Shown here: one piece after another, positions 1-14,630 of the stretch
Layout of the letters: each line of letters starts with the position of its first letter
How positions within the stretch are numbered: position 1 is the stretch's first letter
Assembly: GCF_009914755.1 (NCBI RefSeq)
Contig: NC_060929.1
Strand: one strand, 5' to 3'
DNA from: the human T2T-CHM13v2.0 reference genome, Homo sapiens
Length of the DNA: 64,000 bases
Program-made: the position numbers and the translations under genes
The notes under the pieces: generated by a model
What the model saw: the letters and a program-made list of their open reading frames with translations, nothing else
What the model was told of the DNA's origin: nothing
Databases searched by the model: none

Positions 1-3000
1 TTGTGGAATTTAGCAGAGTGATAAGTACTTGAAATTGGTAACATTGATATCTGGGGATGGCTAGTGATATAAGGAGTATTTTTGGCAAAGGGTTTAAGAA
101 GAGTAGGATTTCAAAAGTAATTGCTATAGTTCCCCGCCCCACCCCACCCTACACTGGGAAAGAACTGCAGGCTGACCTCGGACTATTAGGTAATATCACC
201 TTATTGATTACATGAACCTGCTTAAACATCAGCGTTTTGTAAGTCTTACCAGGGGAAGGAGTTTCTCTAGAAAGCTGCCTGCCACTGTTGAGTCCTCAGC
301 AAAAGTGAGCAACAGTCATCTTTTTTTAAAATTTTCTACTCCAGACAAATCAGGACATTTCTGATAAGTCAAACAATTCCACCTGTCTCCAGACTCAGCG
401 TTTTGGGAGGAGGGGAGGATGAATGGCTTGAAGGATCAAGGTAAAGTGACACTGGGTAAAGCTAAAGCTTCCCCCTTCATTTTATTCTTCAGATGATTGC
501 TTCTGAAATGGCTCTTTAAAATAAGAAAATGACTGCTAACACTATCATAAAAAGTCTTTTGAAGTCAAAACACCTTCTTCTCCTTGTCCCTGAATCTCGC
601 TGATGAGCTTTGATCACTGGCATCATCCCAATCTTGTTTTGCTTTGATTGCTGACATAATGGATATGTTGTTATTTTCTGTAAACTCTACCAGTAGAGCT
701 CAAATAAACTAATTAGCATCGAGGTTAATTAATAGGGAATAAATTGGCCTCATGAAAGGACAGATATGTATACAACGTTATTATGCACTGAAGACTGGAA
801 ACTGAAAGGGAGAAAGATAGCATATGAGAAGACTGTGTTGCTGTTTTTATAGGATTAATAAGGCCAAGCTGTATTTATGTGCTTATTGAGAAATGGCACA
901 CTTAATCTGATGTATCTTATTGTGAAGAACATTCTGAAAACAGGCAATATCCTCTTCATTAGTAAGATACTGTGGCAGCCTTTTCTCTTCTTCTAAGTTA
1001 TTTACTCTTTGGTGCTTTGGGAAATAAAACTTAGAAAGCTGGAAGACAGAACATCATGCTCTCCCTGACCCAAAGACATATACTAAAGGATAAAAGAGAG
1101 CAACATAGATAATATCAGCAGATTAAACACCAAGCACATTAGCCCTTTGAGTGTGTATTACACCAAAAAATTGCAAAAAAAAGATTGCTTTGTTGAATCA
1201 AAAACACACAGAATTTAGAAACTCACTTCATATCAGTTGCCAAATGAATATTGCTTATTATACTTTTTAGCTCTTTAAATAAAAATTATGACAGGAAAAT
1301 ACTCAATATTCTAGATGTCATAGTGATAATTCTAAGCAAAAACATGGACCAGCATGCAAAAGGCCTGTTTTTTAAGGCCATTGTTTCCATTTCAACCTGA
1401 AAGGGAAGGAAAAAAATAAATATTCTTGTACCCTCTGCACAGCCTGGCTTCTGGTATGAACATTTTTAACGTAAACAGTGGACAGTTTTACTACTACTTT
1501 TATTGACTTCTATCAGTGCTGACCATTGGTGAGCACCTTGGGCGATATCTACAAAAGAAAAAAGACAATGGAGGAAAATAAAAAGCCAAGAATAAAAGCT
1601 GTCCCCAAATACGAGGTATTAGTTATAGATTCTGAGTGTGAAAGGTTCAGGAAAATGGAAGCAGGAAGTACGGCAAGGAAAGCATGTTGTGGGAACTTCA
1701 GAGACATTGTTCAAGGTGTTGGTGGAAAATTTTATTTTTAGCAGACGCAAAAAGGTAGAATGACAATGTTAGCTATGCGTCTGAGAATATCTAAAGGGAA
1801 GACTGGCCAGGAAGATGGCTTGAGGAAAGATAAGGAAGCTGTGGTAAGACTCCAGTAGCCAAAAATAGATTTGACTTTTTTGTTTTGTCCAATTTCTAGG
1901 TAAAACTTCCTTTTGTGATGGGGGAAAAATGGAAATGCATTTCTTATTGCCAGGCTGAATGCTTGGCCAGAATACAACTCACCCGTGGGCTGCTAACAAT
2001 CCACGCGCCTTTAGCAAATCCAGGTCTTGATAGCATAGTGTGCTGGGGACAGCTGGCTGCCTAATGCCTCATCATGACGCTTGGAATGGTGAAGTTAAAA
2101 GTACCGACCTTCTGAAAGAACAGTTTGGGGAAGGCAGTAAATGATATCTGCTTCTTGTTGTTGTTAACAGCCTGCTTAGTTTTGAGTTGCTCTCAAGGGC
2201 AGTTTTTGAGGCTTCCTACCATCTCTGATGGCAACTATAAAGATATTTCCTGTTGTATTTCATTTTCTTACATTTTTTTTTCCTTTAGCTATTCCTTCAG
2301 TTCAGGACACTTATCAGGGCCCATTACCTGCTATTTACATTGGCTTGTTATTTAAACCTCTTTGGGCCTTGAAAATGTGAGGCCTTAAGAAGAAATGAAT
2401 CATAGAATTTTAGGGTTGGAAAGAGACCAGGAAGGTCAACATTTATCATTTTTATTTACTCTAAGGCTCTTAAGACACTTTACAAAGATGATTGCTCCTG
2501 AGCTGGAGAATGAAGTGGACTAGAAATAAAGAATCTAGCAACTCTGAGAACTGAATTTGTTCTAATGCCGGAATTCCCTATTGGTTAGATTTTACCAGAA
2601 TCTGATCATCTGGGATTATAAAAAGTAACAGCTTTCATGGTGTCAGTGGGCCTTTCAGGGGCAAATATGGAGCCAAAAAGCTGCCATTTGAGAGGGGTGC
2701 TCCCCTGAAAGCAGTAACAGGGCTCTACAATGTGATGGGAAAACGATGTTTACTGCCAGCTTTTTTTATGCTGAAACAGGGAGGTGCTTTATCTGTGACC
2801 AGCCCCATGACAGGTAGCTGGTTTTACCTACACACTTAAAATGAACATGAAAATTTCTTAGAAAAATTGGGAGGCAGTTTATTATCACTTAAAAGAGACA
2901 TTTTTTACGTTTCAGCAGCAAAAAAAGAATGCTGGAATGAATATACTCATGCTATGCCAAGAAGTGATACTGAAATTTAGCATGTGATAGTTTTAGAAGA

Positions 3001-3171
3001 CTGAGAAGAAGCAAAGCTGGATTTTCCTAGGCCATTTAAAGATCTTGCTCAGAAACTGAATTCTATTGTAGATTGCCCAAGAAAGGTCTCCAGAGTCTTT
3101 CCAATCTAAGGATCTCCCTCAGCTGGGAGGCAGGATAGTCTGTAAGGACTTCTGCACATGTGCATGCACTA

Positions 3172-3275
3172 GCAACTGAATGGAATAAAAGCTTATTTGG
3201 ACCTTCTATGTGGCAAACATTGTGCTAGATCCTGGGAATGGAAAGGCAAAGTAGATTCAGTCCCTGCCTAGAGGC
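3172..3275 (-). mobile_element. L2 LINE 3'-end fragment
   Basis: 'cttctatgtggcaaacattgtgctagatcctggga...tccctgcc' resembles the reverse complement of the L2 3' end. Confidence 0.55.
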
Positions 3276-4775
3276 AGAAAACGAAAGTGTAGATGGATAG
3301 TCTGCTGAGTGTGACTTGAGTTTTCTTTTCTCTGCTCTAGTTGAAGAAGGTCTAAATTATGATTTTTTGTCACCATTGGGAGGGTAAATCTTTCCGTTGT
3401 GGTTAAACATTTTAAATAACTTTTATTTTTTAGAGAAGTTTTAGGTTTACAGCAAAATTTAGAGAAAGGTACAGATATTTCCCATATACCCTCTGCTGCA
3501 CACTTGCAAAGCCTCCCCCATTATAAGCCTCCCCCACCGGAGTGGTACATTTGTTACAACTGATAAACCTTCACTGGCACATTATAACCCAAAGTCCATA
3601 GTTTACATCAGTGTTAATTCTTGGTGTTGCACATTCTCTGAGTTCGGACAAATATACAATGACTTGTATCCATAATTACACTATCACATAAAGTAATTTC
3701 ACTGACTTAAACATCTGTGCTCTATCTATTCCTCCCTCTCCCCCACCTCCCACCCCCAATCCCTGGCAACCACTAATCTTTTTACTGTAGCCATACTTTT
3801 TCCTTTTTCAGAATGTCATATAGTTAGAGTCATACAGCATGTAGTCTTTTCAGATTTCTTTTTTCAACTAGTGATACTTTTTATCGCTAAAAAGTATTCC
3901 ATTGCCTGGAGGTACCACAGTTTATCTACTTACCTACTGAAGGATATCTTGGTTGCTTCCAAGGTTTAGCAAATACAAAAAAAAAAAAAAAAAAAAAGCA
4001 TGCTATCAACATCTGTGTGCAGGTTTTTGTGTGGACATAAGTTTTCAACTCCTTTGGGTAAATAGCAAGGAGCACTATTGCTGGATCATATGGTAGGAGT
4101 ATTTCTAGTTTTTTAAGACCTCCAAATTGTCTTCCAAAGTCGCCATAGCATTTTGCATTCCCACCAGCAATGAATGAGAGTTTCTGTTGTTCCACAGCCT
4201 AGTCAGCATTTAGTGTTTAGTGTTCTGAGTTTTGGCCATTGTAATAAGTATGCAAAGGCATCTCACTGTTGTTTTAATTTGTATTTCCCTGATGATCTGT
4301 AATGAGGAGCATCTTTTCATATGCTTAATTACCATCTGTAAATCTTTGGAGAGTTGTCTGTCAGGGTCTTTGAACCATTTCATAAATTGGGTTGTTTGAG
4401 TTCTTACTGTGGAGTTTTAAGAGTTCTTTGTCTATTTTTGATAACAGTCCTTTATCAGACATGTATTTTGCAAATATTTTCTCCCAGTCTGCAGCTTGTC
4501 TTCTCATTCTCTTGATATTGTCTTTTGCAGGGCAGAAGTTTTTAATTTTAATGAAGTCCAGTTTACCAATTATTTATTTCATGGCTCTTGTCTTTGGTGC
4601 TCTATCTAATATGAATATTACATTGAAATAACCCTAGGTTTTCTCCTATGCTATTTCCTAGTAGTTTTATATTTCACATTTCAGTCTGTAACCTATTTTG
4701 AGTTCATTTTTGTGAAGAGTAAGGTCTATGTCCAGATTCACTTTTTCAAATGTGGATATCCAATTATTCAATCAC

Positions 4776-7700
4776 AATTTTTTAAATTGCAAATTAACTA
4801 TTTATAATTGCATATATTTATGTACAAAGTGATGTTACCAATTTGTGATAAAATGTGGAATAATTAAATCAAGCTAATTAACCTATGCATCATCTCAAAT
4901 ATGTATTATTCATTGTGTTGAGAAAATTTGAAATTAACTCTCAGCATTTTAGAATAGTACAGCACACTAATATTAACTATATTCACAATGCTGTGTAATA
5001 ATTCTCAAAAAAAAACCTTATTTCTCATGTCTGAGATTTTGTCCCCTTTGACTATCGTGTCCCCGTTTCCCCCAACCCCATCCTCTACAGATATCATTCC
5101 ACTCTCTGCTTCCATGAATTCAAACATTTTAGATTCCACATATAAGTGAGAACAGTGCAGTATCGTCTTTCTGGGCCTGGCTTATTTCACTTAGGATAAT
5201 GTTCTCCGATTTCATCAATTTGTCGCAAATGACAATTTCCTTCTTTTTAAAGGCTGAATAGAATCCCATTATGTATATGTTCCATATTTTCCTTATCCAC
5301 TCATCTATTGATGGACACTTATATTGATTCCAAAATTTGGCTATTGTGAATAGTGCTGCAATAAACATGAGAGTGTAGACATCTCTTTGACAAAGTAATT
5401 TCAAATATTTTGAGAAAACACTCACAAGTGGAATTTCTGGATCATATGATAGTTTTGTTTTTATCCTTTTGAGGAACTTTCATAATGTTTTCCATAATGG
5501 CAGTATATTAGTCTGTTCTCACATTGCTAAAAGAACTACCTGAGACTGAGTAATTTATAAAGAGGTTTAATTGGCTCACAGTTCCACAGGTTGTACAGGA
5601 GGCATGGATGAGGAGGCCTCAGGAAACACAATCATGGTGAAGGGCGAAGGGTGAAGGGGCAGCAAGCACATCTTCATGTGGCAGTATGAGAGAGTGAGCA
5701 AAGGGGGAAGTGCTACACACTTTTAAACATCCAGATCTTGGGAGAACTCACTATCACAAGAACAGCAAAGGGGAAATCTATCGCCGTGATCCAATAACCT
5801 CCCACCAGGTTCCTCCCCCAGCATGGGCATTGCAATTCAACATGAGATTTGGGTGGGGACACAGAGCCAAACCATATCATTCTGCCCCTGGCCCCTCCCA
5901 AATCTCAGGTCCTTCTCACGTTTCAAAACACAATCATGCCTTCCCAACAGTCCTCCAAAGTCTTAACTTATTCCAGCATTAACTCAAAAGTCCAAGTCCA
6001 AAGTCTTATCTGAGACAAGGCAAGTCCCTTCTGCTTATGAGCCTAAAAAAATAAAAAACAAGTTAGTTCCAAGATAAAACTGGGGTATGACATTGGTTAA
6101 ATGCCTCCATTCCAAAAGGGAGAAACTGGCCAAAACAAAGGGGCTACAGGCCCTATGCAAGTTCAAAACCCAGCAGGGTAGTCATTAAATCTCAAAGCTC
6201 CAAACGAATCTCCTTTGACTCCATGCCTCACATCCAGACCACACTGATGCAAGGGCTGTGCTGCCAAGGCCTTGGGAAGCTCCCCTGTGGCTCTGCAGGT
6301 TACAGCCCCCATGGCTACTTTCACGAGCTGGTGTTGAGTGTCTGCGTCTTTTCCAGGCACATAGTGCAAGATGTCAGTGGATCTACCATTCTGGGGTCTA
6401 GAGGACAGTGGCCCTCTTCTTACAGCTCCACTAGGCAGTGCCCCAGTGGGGACTTGGTGTAGGAGCTCCAACCCTACATTTCCCCTTCACACTGCCATAG
6501 TAGAGGTTCTCCATGGACTTCTGCCTGGACATCCAGATCTTTCCATATATCCTCTGAAATCTAGGCAGAAGCTTCCAAGCCTCAAACTCTTGTCTCTTGT
6601 CTTCTGTTCACCTGCAGGCGCAACACCACATGGAATCTGCCAAGACTTAGGGCTTGCACCGTCTGAAGCCACAGCCTGAGCTGCAACTTGGCCCCTTTTA
6701 GCCATGGCTGGAGCTGGAGTGGCTGGGACAAAGGATGCCATGTCTCAAGGCTGTACAGAGCAGCAGGGCCCAGAGCCTGGCCCACAAAACCATTTTGTCC
6801 TCCTAGGCCTCTGGGCCTGTGATAAGAGAGGCTACTGAGAAGTTCTCTGAAATGTCCTGGAGATATTTTTCCCATTGTCTTAGCTATTAACATTAGGCTC
6901 CTCTCTATTTATGCAAATATCTGCAGCCAGCTTGAATTTATTCCCAGAAAATGGGCTTTTCTTTTCTACCACATGCTCAGGTCACAAATTTTCCAAACTT
7001 CTATTCTCTGCTTCCTTTTTGAATATAAGTTCCAATTTCAGACCATCTCCTTCTTCATGCATATGAGCATACACTTTTAGAAACACCAGGTTACATCTTT
7101 AATGCTTTGCTGCTTAGAAATTTCTTCTACCCAACATCCCAAATCATCTCTCTCAGGTCCAAAGTTCCACAGATCCTGAGAGCAGGGGCACAATGTTTCC
7201 AGTCTCTTTGCTAAAGCATAGCAAGAGTGGCCTTTACTCTGGTTCTCAATAAGATCCTCATCCCCATCTGGGACCACCTCCACTTGGACTTCACTGTCCA
7301 TATCACTATCAGCATTTTGCTCACAGCCATTCAACAAGTCTCTAGGAAATTCCAACTTTTCCTTCATTTTCTTGTGATCTTCTGAGCCCTCCAGACTATT
7401 CCAATCTCTGCCTGTTACCCAGTTGCATCCACATTTCCAGGTATCTTTATAGCAATACCCCACTTCTCTTGCACCAATTTTCTGCAATAATCTCTTCTCA
7501 CAGTGCTATAAAGAACTACCTAAGATTGGATAATTTATAAAGAAAATAGATTTGACTCACAGTTTCACAGACTGTACAGGAGGCATGGCTGCGGAGGCCT
7601 CAGGAAACTCACAATCATGGTGGAAGGGTGAGGGGAAGCAAGCATGTCTTCACATAGCGTCAGGAGAAAGAGAGAGTGAAGGGGGAGGTGCTACACACTT

Positions 7701-10688
7701 CCAAAGAACCAGATGTCATGAGAACTCACTCACTATCATGAGAACAGCAAGGGGGAAATCTGCCCCCACAATCCAATTACCTCCCATCAGATCCCTCCCC
7801 AACATTGGGAATTACAATTCGACATGAGATTTGGGTGGGGACACAGAGTCAAACTATATCAGGTGGCACTAATTTACATTCTCACCAACAATGTACAAGG
7901 GTTTCCTTTTCTCCACATCCTCACCAACACTTTTTATCTTTTGGGTAATAACCATTCTGATGTGTGTGAAATAGTATCTCATTGTGGTTTTAATTTGTAT
8001 TTCTCTAATAATTAGCCATGATAGCTTCTATTCATATCACTGTTGGTCACTTGTATGTCTTCTTTTGAGAAATGGCTATTCAAATCCATTGCCCACTTTT
8101 TAGTTGGGATTTTTGTTTTCTTGCTATCGAGTTGTTTGAGTTCCTTATAGACTTCGGATATTAACCCTTTATCAGATATATAGCATACAAATATTTTCTC
8201 CCAATCTGTAAGTTGTCTCTTCAATCTGTTAATTGTTTCCTATGATACACAGAAGATTTTTAGTTTTATGAAACCTCATTTGTTTCTTTTTGCTTTTGTT
8301 GCTTGCCCTTCTGGGGTCATAACCTGGAAATCATTGTCAGACTAATGTCACTGAGATTTTCTCCTTCGTTTTCTTAGATTAGATTACAGTTTAGTGTCTT
8401 ACATTTTAGTCATCAATCCATTTTATTTTTGTATATATGGTGAGAGAAGGGCTCAATTTTATTATTTTGCATGTGAGTATCCAGTTTTCCCAGCACCATT
8501 TATTGAAGAGATTATTCTTTTCCTATTGTGTATCCTTGGCACCTTTGTCAAAAATCAACTGACCATAATGCATGGGTATGTTTCTGGGATGTCTGTTCTG
8601 TTCTATTGGGTCAATCTGTCTTTTTTTTTTTTTTTTTTTTTTGCCAGTACTGTGTTATTTTGATTACAATAGCTTTGCAGTACAGTTTTAAATCATGTGA
8701 TGTTATACCTCCATCTTTGTACTTTTTGCTTACAATTGCTTTGGCTATTTGAAGGTTTATAGCTCCATCTGTATTTTGGAATCACTTATTCTATGAAAAA
8801 TTTCATTGGTTTTTCTATAGGGATTGCATTGAATCTGAGATCACTTTGGTAGTATGAACATTTTAACAATATTAATTCTTACAATCTGTAAACATGAGTT
8901 ATCTTTCCATTTATTTGTGTCTTCTTCAATTTTCTTCATCAATGTCTTACAGTTTTGAGTGTACAGGTCTTTCATCTCCTTAATTAAATTTATTCCTAAG
9001 TATCCCATTTTATTTTTGTAGCTGTTGTAAAAAGGGTTGCTCTCTTGATTTCTTTTTTCAGACAGTTTGTTGGTGGTGTATAAAAACACTGATGATTTTT
9101 GTATATTGTTTTGTATCCTGCAACTTTACTAAATTTATTAGTTTTAACAGTTTTTTGGTAGTCTTTAGGGTTTTCCATATATAAGATCTTGTCATCAGCA
9201 AACAGTGACAATTTCATTTTTTCCTTTCCTATTTGGATGCCTTTTACTTCTTCCCTAATTGCTCTGACAAGGACTTTCAATACTACACTGAATAGAATTG
9301 GTAACAATGGACATCCTCATCTTGTTCCTGATATTAGAGGAAAGGCTTTCAAATTTTGCCATTGAGCATAATGCTCAATGTAGGCTTCTCATAGATGGCC
9401 TTTATTGTGTTGAGGTACATTCCTTCTGCCTCTTATTTAGGGAGTTTTTATTACGGAAAGATGTTGAATTTTGTCAAATGCTCTTTCTGTGTCTAATCAG
9501 GTGGTCATACAGTTTTTGTTCTTCTTTCTGTTAATGTGGTCTATCACATTTATTGATTTGTGTATGTTGAACCATTCTTGTATCCCAGGGATAAACCCCA
9601 CTTGACAATAGTAGATGACCCTCTTAACGTGTTGTTGAATTTGGTTTGCTAGTATTTTGTTGAAGAGTTTTACATCTATGTTTATCAAGAATAGTGACCT
9701 GTAATTTTCTTTTCTTCTAATGGCCTTGTCTGGCTTTGGTATCAGGGTACTGCTGGCCTTGTAAAAAGATATTGGAAGTATTTCTTTCACTTCAATGTTT
9801 GAAACAGCTTGAGAAACATTAGTATTAGTTTATGTTTAAATATTGGTAGAATTAAGCAGTTGAAGCCATTAGATCCTGGGCATTTCATTCATATGAGACT
9901 ATTTATTACTGATTCAATCTCCTAATTTAATTATTGGTGGTTCGGGTTTTCTATTTCATCATGATTCAGTCTTGGTAGGTTGTATATTTCTAGGAACTTA
10001 TGCATTTCTTCTAGGTTATCCTATTTGTTGGCCTATAATTGTTCATCGTAGTCTCTTGTGATCTTTGGTATCCCTGCTGTCTCAGTTGTAATGTCTCCTC
10101 TTTCATTTCTAATTTAATTTATTTGAGTCTTCTTTTTTTCCTTGGTCTAGCTAAACATTTGTTGATTTTGTTTAACTCTAAAAAAAAAAAACTCAGTTTT
10201 TTTATTTCTTCTATTTCTTTTACTCTCCATTTTATTTATTTCTGCTCTAATCTTTATTATTTCCTCCCTTCTACTAACTTTGGTCTTAGTTTGTTCTCTT
10301 CTTAGTTCCTTGAGGAGCAACATTATGTTATTTGAGCTCTTTCTTCTTTTTGATATAGGCATTTATTGCTGCAAACATTGATCTTACTGCTTTTGCTGTA
10401 TTTCATAAGCTTTTGGTATGTTGTGTTTCCATTTTTGTTTGTCTTAAGATGTTTTTTATTTCCCCTTTAAATTCTTCATTGATGCACTGATTGTTCAGGA
10501 GAGTGTTGTTTAATTTCCACCCATTTGTGAATTTTTTGAAATTCCTCCTGTTATTGATTTCTAGTTTCAAACCATGATAATCAGAAAATATATTCGATAC
10601 AATTCCAGTCTTCTTAAATTTAAGGCTTGTTTTGTGCCCCAACAGGTGACCTGTCCTGGAGATTGTGCCATGTATGTTTGAGAAGAAC
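4776..10688 (-). mobile_element. L1MA-type LINE-1, 5'-truncated in the ORF2 endonuclease region, interrupted by the MST provirus
   Basis: L1MA-like 3' end 'ttttaaattgcaaattaactatttataattgcatatatttatg'. ORF2 remnants LSLFADD (8996-9307), [12 protein letters not shown] (9497-9790), FSDYHGLKLEIN (10403-10693). 'cacaat' occurs at both flanks. Confidence 0.85.
5504..7861 (-). mobile_element. Complete MaLR provirus, MSTA-like (LTR 5504-5879, internal 5880-7482, LTR 7483-7861)
   Basis: Both LTRs run from 'tatattagtc'/'tgcaataatc' to 'gggtggggacacagag..aaac.atatca'. Internal region begins 'ttctgcccctggcccc'. Degenerate 5-bp target duplication ggcag/ggtgg. Confidence 0.92.
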
Positions 10689-13600
10689 ACCACAATCTGC
10701 TGAAAAGACTATCTTTACTCCATTACATTACCTTTGTTCTGTTGTCAAAGAAGTTTACTATACTTACGTGGGTCTATTTCTAGGCTCTCTATTCTGTTCC
10801 ATAGATCTATTTGTCTATTCTTTTGTCAATTCTATTCTATATCTTGATTACTGTAGCTTTATAGTCAGCCTTGATGTCAGGTAAAAACTGGATCATATTG
10901 CTGAATCATATTATAAAAGTATGTTTACTTTTGTGTCAGTCTTCCAATTTTGTTTTTCTCCTACAATATTGTGTTGGCTATTCTGGGTCTTTTGTCATTT
11001 CATATAAACCTTAGAAGTAATTTGTCAATATCCACAAACTAAATTATTGGAATTTGTTTTGAGATTGCTTTGAATCTATACATCAAGTTGGAAAGAAATG
11101 ACAGTTTGACAATATTGAGTCTAACTATCCATGGTTATGGGATATCTATTAATTAATTAATTTATTTATTTATTTATTTCAGTCTTCTTTTATTTCCTTC
11201 ATTTGAGGCTTGTAGTTTTCCTCATACAGGCCTTACACATATTTTGATAGATTTATATCTAAGTGTTTCTCTCTTTTTTGGTACTAGAGTAATGGTATTG
11301 TGTTTTTATTTTTAAATTCCATTTGTTCAATGCTGTTACACAGAAAGGCAGTTAACTTTGTTATATTCACCCTATATTCTGGAACATATCTATAATCCCT
11401 TATTAGTTCCAGGAGAATGTTTTGTCAGTCATTCAGATTTTCTATATAGACGATCAAATCATCTGCAAACAAAGATAGTTTTATTTATTTTTTCCCAATT
11501 AGTATACCTGTTATCATCTTTTCTTGTCTTATTGCATTAGCCAGAACTTCCAGCATGATGTTGAAAAGGAGTGGTGGGAGGACATATCCTTGCATTGTTC
11601 CCAATGTAAGTAAGAGAACTTCTAGTGTCTTACCAGTAGTATGATGTTGCTGTAGGATTTTTGTAGATTATTTTTTCTCAAGTTTAAAAGGTTCCCTCTA
11701 TTTGTTGTTAACTAAGAGTTTTTATCATGAACGAGTGTTAGATTTGTCAAATAAATTTTCTACATTTGTTTATATAATCATGTGATTTTTCTTCTTTAGC
11801 CTTCTGATGTGAGGAATTTTATTACTTGATTTTAAAATATTGAACCAGCCTTGCACACCTGAAATAAATCTCACTTTGGGAAGTATATAATTATTTTCAG
11901 ACACCGTTAGATTTAATTTGCTAATATTTGTTGAGGATGTTTGCATCCACATTCATGAGAGATAGTGATCTGTAGTCATTCATGGGAAATATTGACCTGT
12001 GTACTTCATTCGTGGGAAATATTGATCTTTTTTGTAATGTCTTGCCTGGTTTTGGTATTAAGGTAATGCTGATCTATGAATCTGTTAGAAAATATTCATC
12101 TCCTTCTATCCTCTGAAAGAGATTACAGAAAATTTATACAATTTATTTCTTGATGTTTGGTGGAATTTACCAAGAAATCTCTCTGGGCTTCATGCTTTCT
12201 GTTTGGAAAGTTATTAATTAATAATTTAATTTCTTTAATAGATACAGACCTATTCAGATTGCTTATTTCTTCTTGTGTGAGTTTTGGAAGATTATCTTTC
12301 AAGGAATTGGTCCATTTCATCTATGTTACAAAATTTGTGGAGATGCTGTTTTTCATAGTATTCTCTTATTATCATTTTAACGTTTATCATTTAACATTCT
12401 CTGTTTTCTTAGTTTGGCTTGAGAGAGGCTTATCAGGGTTTTTTGTTGTTCTTGATTTTTCAAAAACCACTGTTGGTTTTATTGATTTTCTCTACTGGTT
12501 TCCTGTTTTTGCTTTAATTTATTTATGCTCTAATTTTTATACTTCTTTTCTTCTCATTTTGGATTTAATTTGCTCCTCTTTTTCTAGTTTCCTAAGGTAG
12601 AATATTAGATTATTGATTTTAGATCTTTCTCCTTTTCTTATATAAGCATTTAATATTATAAATGTATCTCTAAGTACTGTTTTCTCTACATTCCACAAGT
12701 TTTAATAAATTGTTTTCATTCTTATTTAGTTCAAAATACTTTTTTAATTTCTCTTAAGATGGCTTCTTTGAACTAAGTGCTATTTAAAAGGATGTTGTTT
12801 ATTCTCCAAATGTTTTGGAATTATTTAGTTATTCCATTATTTATTTCTTATTTAATTCCACTGTGGTCTGAGATTACACATTGTATAATTTCTATATTTT
12901 TTAATTTGTTAAGCTGTATTTTATGACCTAGAATGTGGCCTATCTTTGTCATTATTCCATGTGAGTTTGAGAATAATGTGTATTCTGCTGTCGTTGGATG
13001 AACTAATCTATAGATGTTAATTCTATACAGTTGGTTGATGGTATTGTTGAGTTCGACTCTGTCCTTATTGACTTTCTGCTTGCTGAATTCATTTCTGATA
13101 GAGAGGGGTTAAAGTCTCCAACTGTAATAGGGGATTTATCCATTTCTCCTTGCAGTTCTATTAGTTTTTGCATCACATAGTTTGACACACTGTTATTAAG
13201 CGTATACATGTTAAATATTGTTATGTCTTCCTAAATAATTATTTAATCTTTATGTAATATTTGTATAATCGCTGATAACTTTCCTTGCTTTCAAGTCTGC
13301 CCCAACTGAAATGAATACAGGTACTCCTGCTTTCTTTTGATTAGGGTTAGCATGGTACATCTTTCCTCACCCATTTATTTTTCATCTATATGGGTTTTTA
13401 TATTTAAAATGAGTTCCATCTCTTCATGATAAAAACTGACAACAAACTAGGCATCAAAGAAATATATCTGAAAATAATAAGAGCCATCTGTGACAAACCC
13501 ACAGCCAAACCCACATCATACTGAACAGGCAAAAGCTGGAACCATTCTCCTTGAGAACTGGAACAAGACAAGGATGTGTATCCACTCTCACCACTCCTGT

Positions 13601-13887
13601 TCAAATAGCACTGGAAGTGCTGGCCAGAGCACTCAGGCAAGAGAAGGAAATAAAAGGCATCCAAACAGGAAAAGAATAAGTCAAACTACCTCTCTTCATA
13701 GGTGATATGATTCTATACTTATGCCTAGAAAACTCTAAAGACTCCATAAAAAGGATCCTGGAACTGATAAATGACTTTAGTAAAGTTTCAGGATACAAAA
13801 TCAATGTACAAAAATTGGAATTATTTTTACACACCAATAACATTCCAGCTGAGAGCCAAATCAAGAATGCAATCCCATTTACAATCG

Positions 13888-13888
<1 letters not shown>

Positions 13889-13924
<36 letters not shown>
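13889..13924. repeat. (CA)n microsatellite
   Basis: Perfect CA run. Confidence 0.98.
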
Positions 13925-13926
<2 letters not shown>

Positions 13927-14211
13927 TACGTAGGAATACATCTAACAAAGAAGGTGAAAGACCTCTGCAGGGAGAACCACAAAACACAGCTGAAAGAAAC
14001 CATAGAGGACACAAACAAATGGAAAAATATTCCATGCTCATGGAATGGAAGAATCAATATCATTAAAATGGCCATACTGCCCAAAGCAATCTACAGATTC
14101 AGTTTTATTCTTGTCAAACTACCTATGTCATTCTTCAGAGAATTAGAAAAGAACTATTCTAAAATTTATAAGAAATGGAAAAAAAGAGCCTGAAAAGCCA
14201 AATCAATACTA

Positions 14212-14630
<419 letters not shown>

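Noticed and set aside
1526-1741. 71-aa ORF in unique sequence
   Set aside because: Non-ATG start, no recognisable domain, no supporting splice or promoter structure.
5710-7827. Cluster of overlapping ORFs, similar to those at 51056-53045
   Set aside because: MaLR LTR and internal sequence. The similarity between the two clusters reflects MST/THE1 homology, not a duplicated gene.
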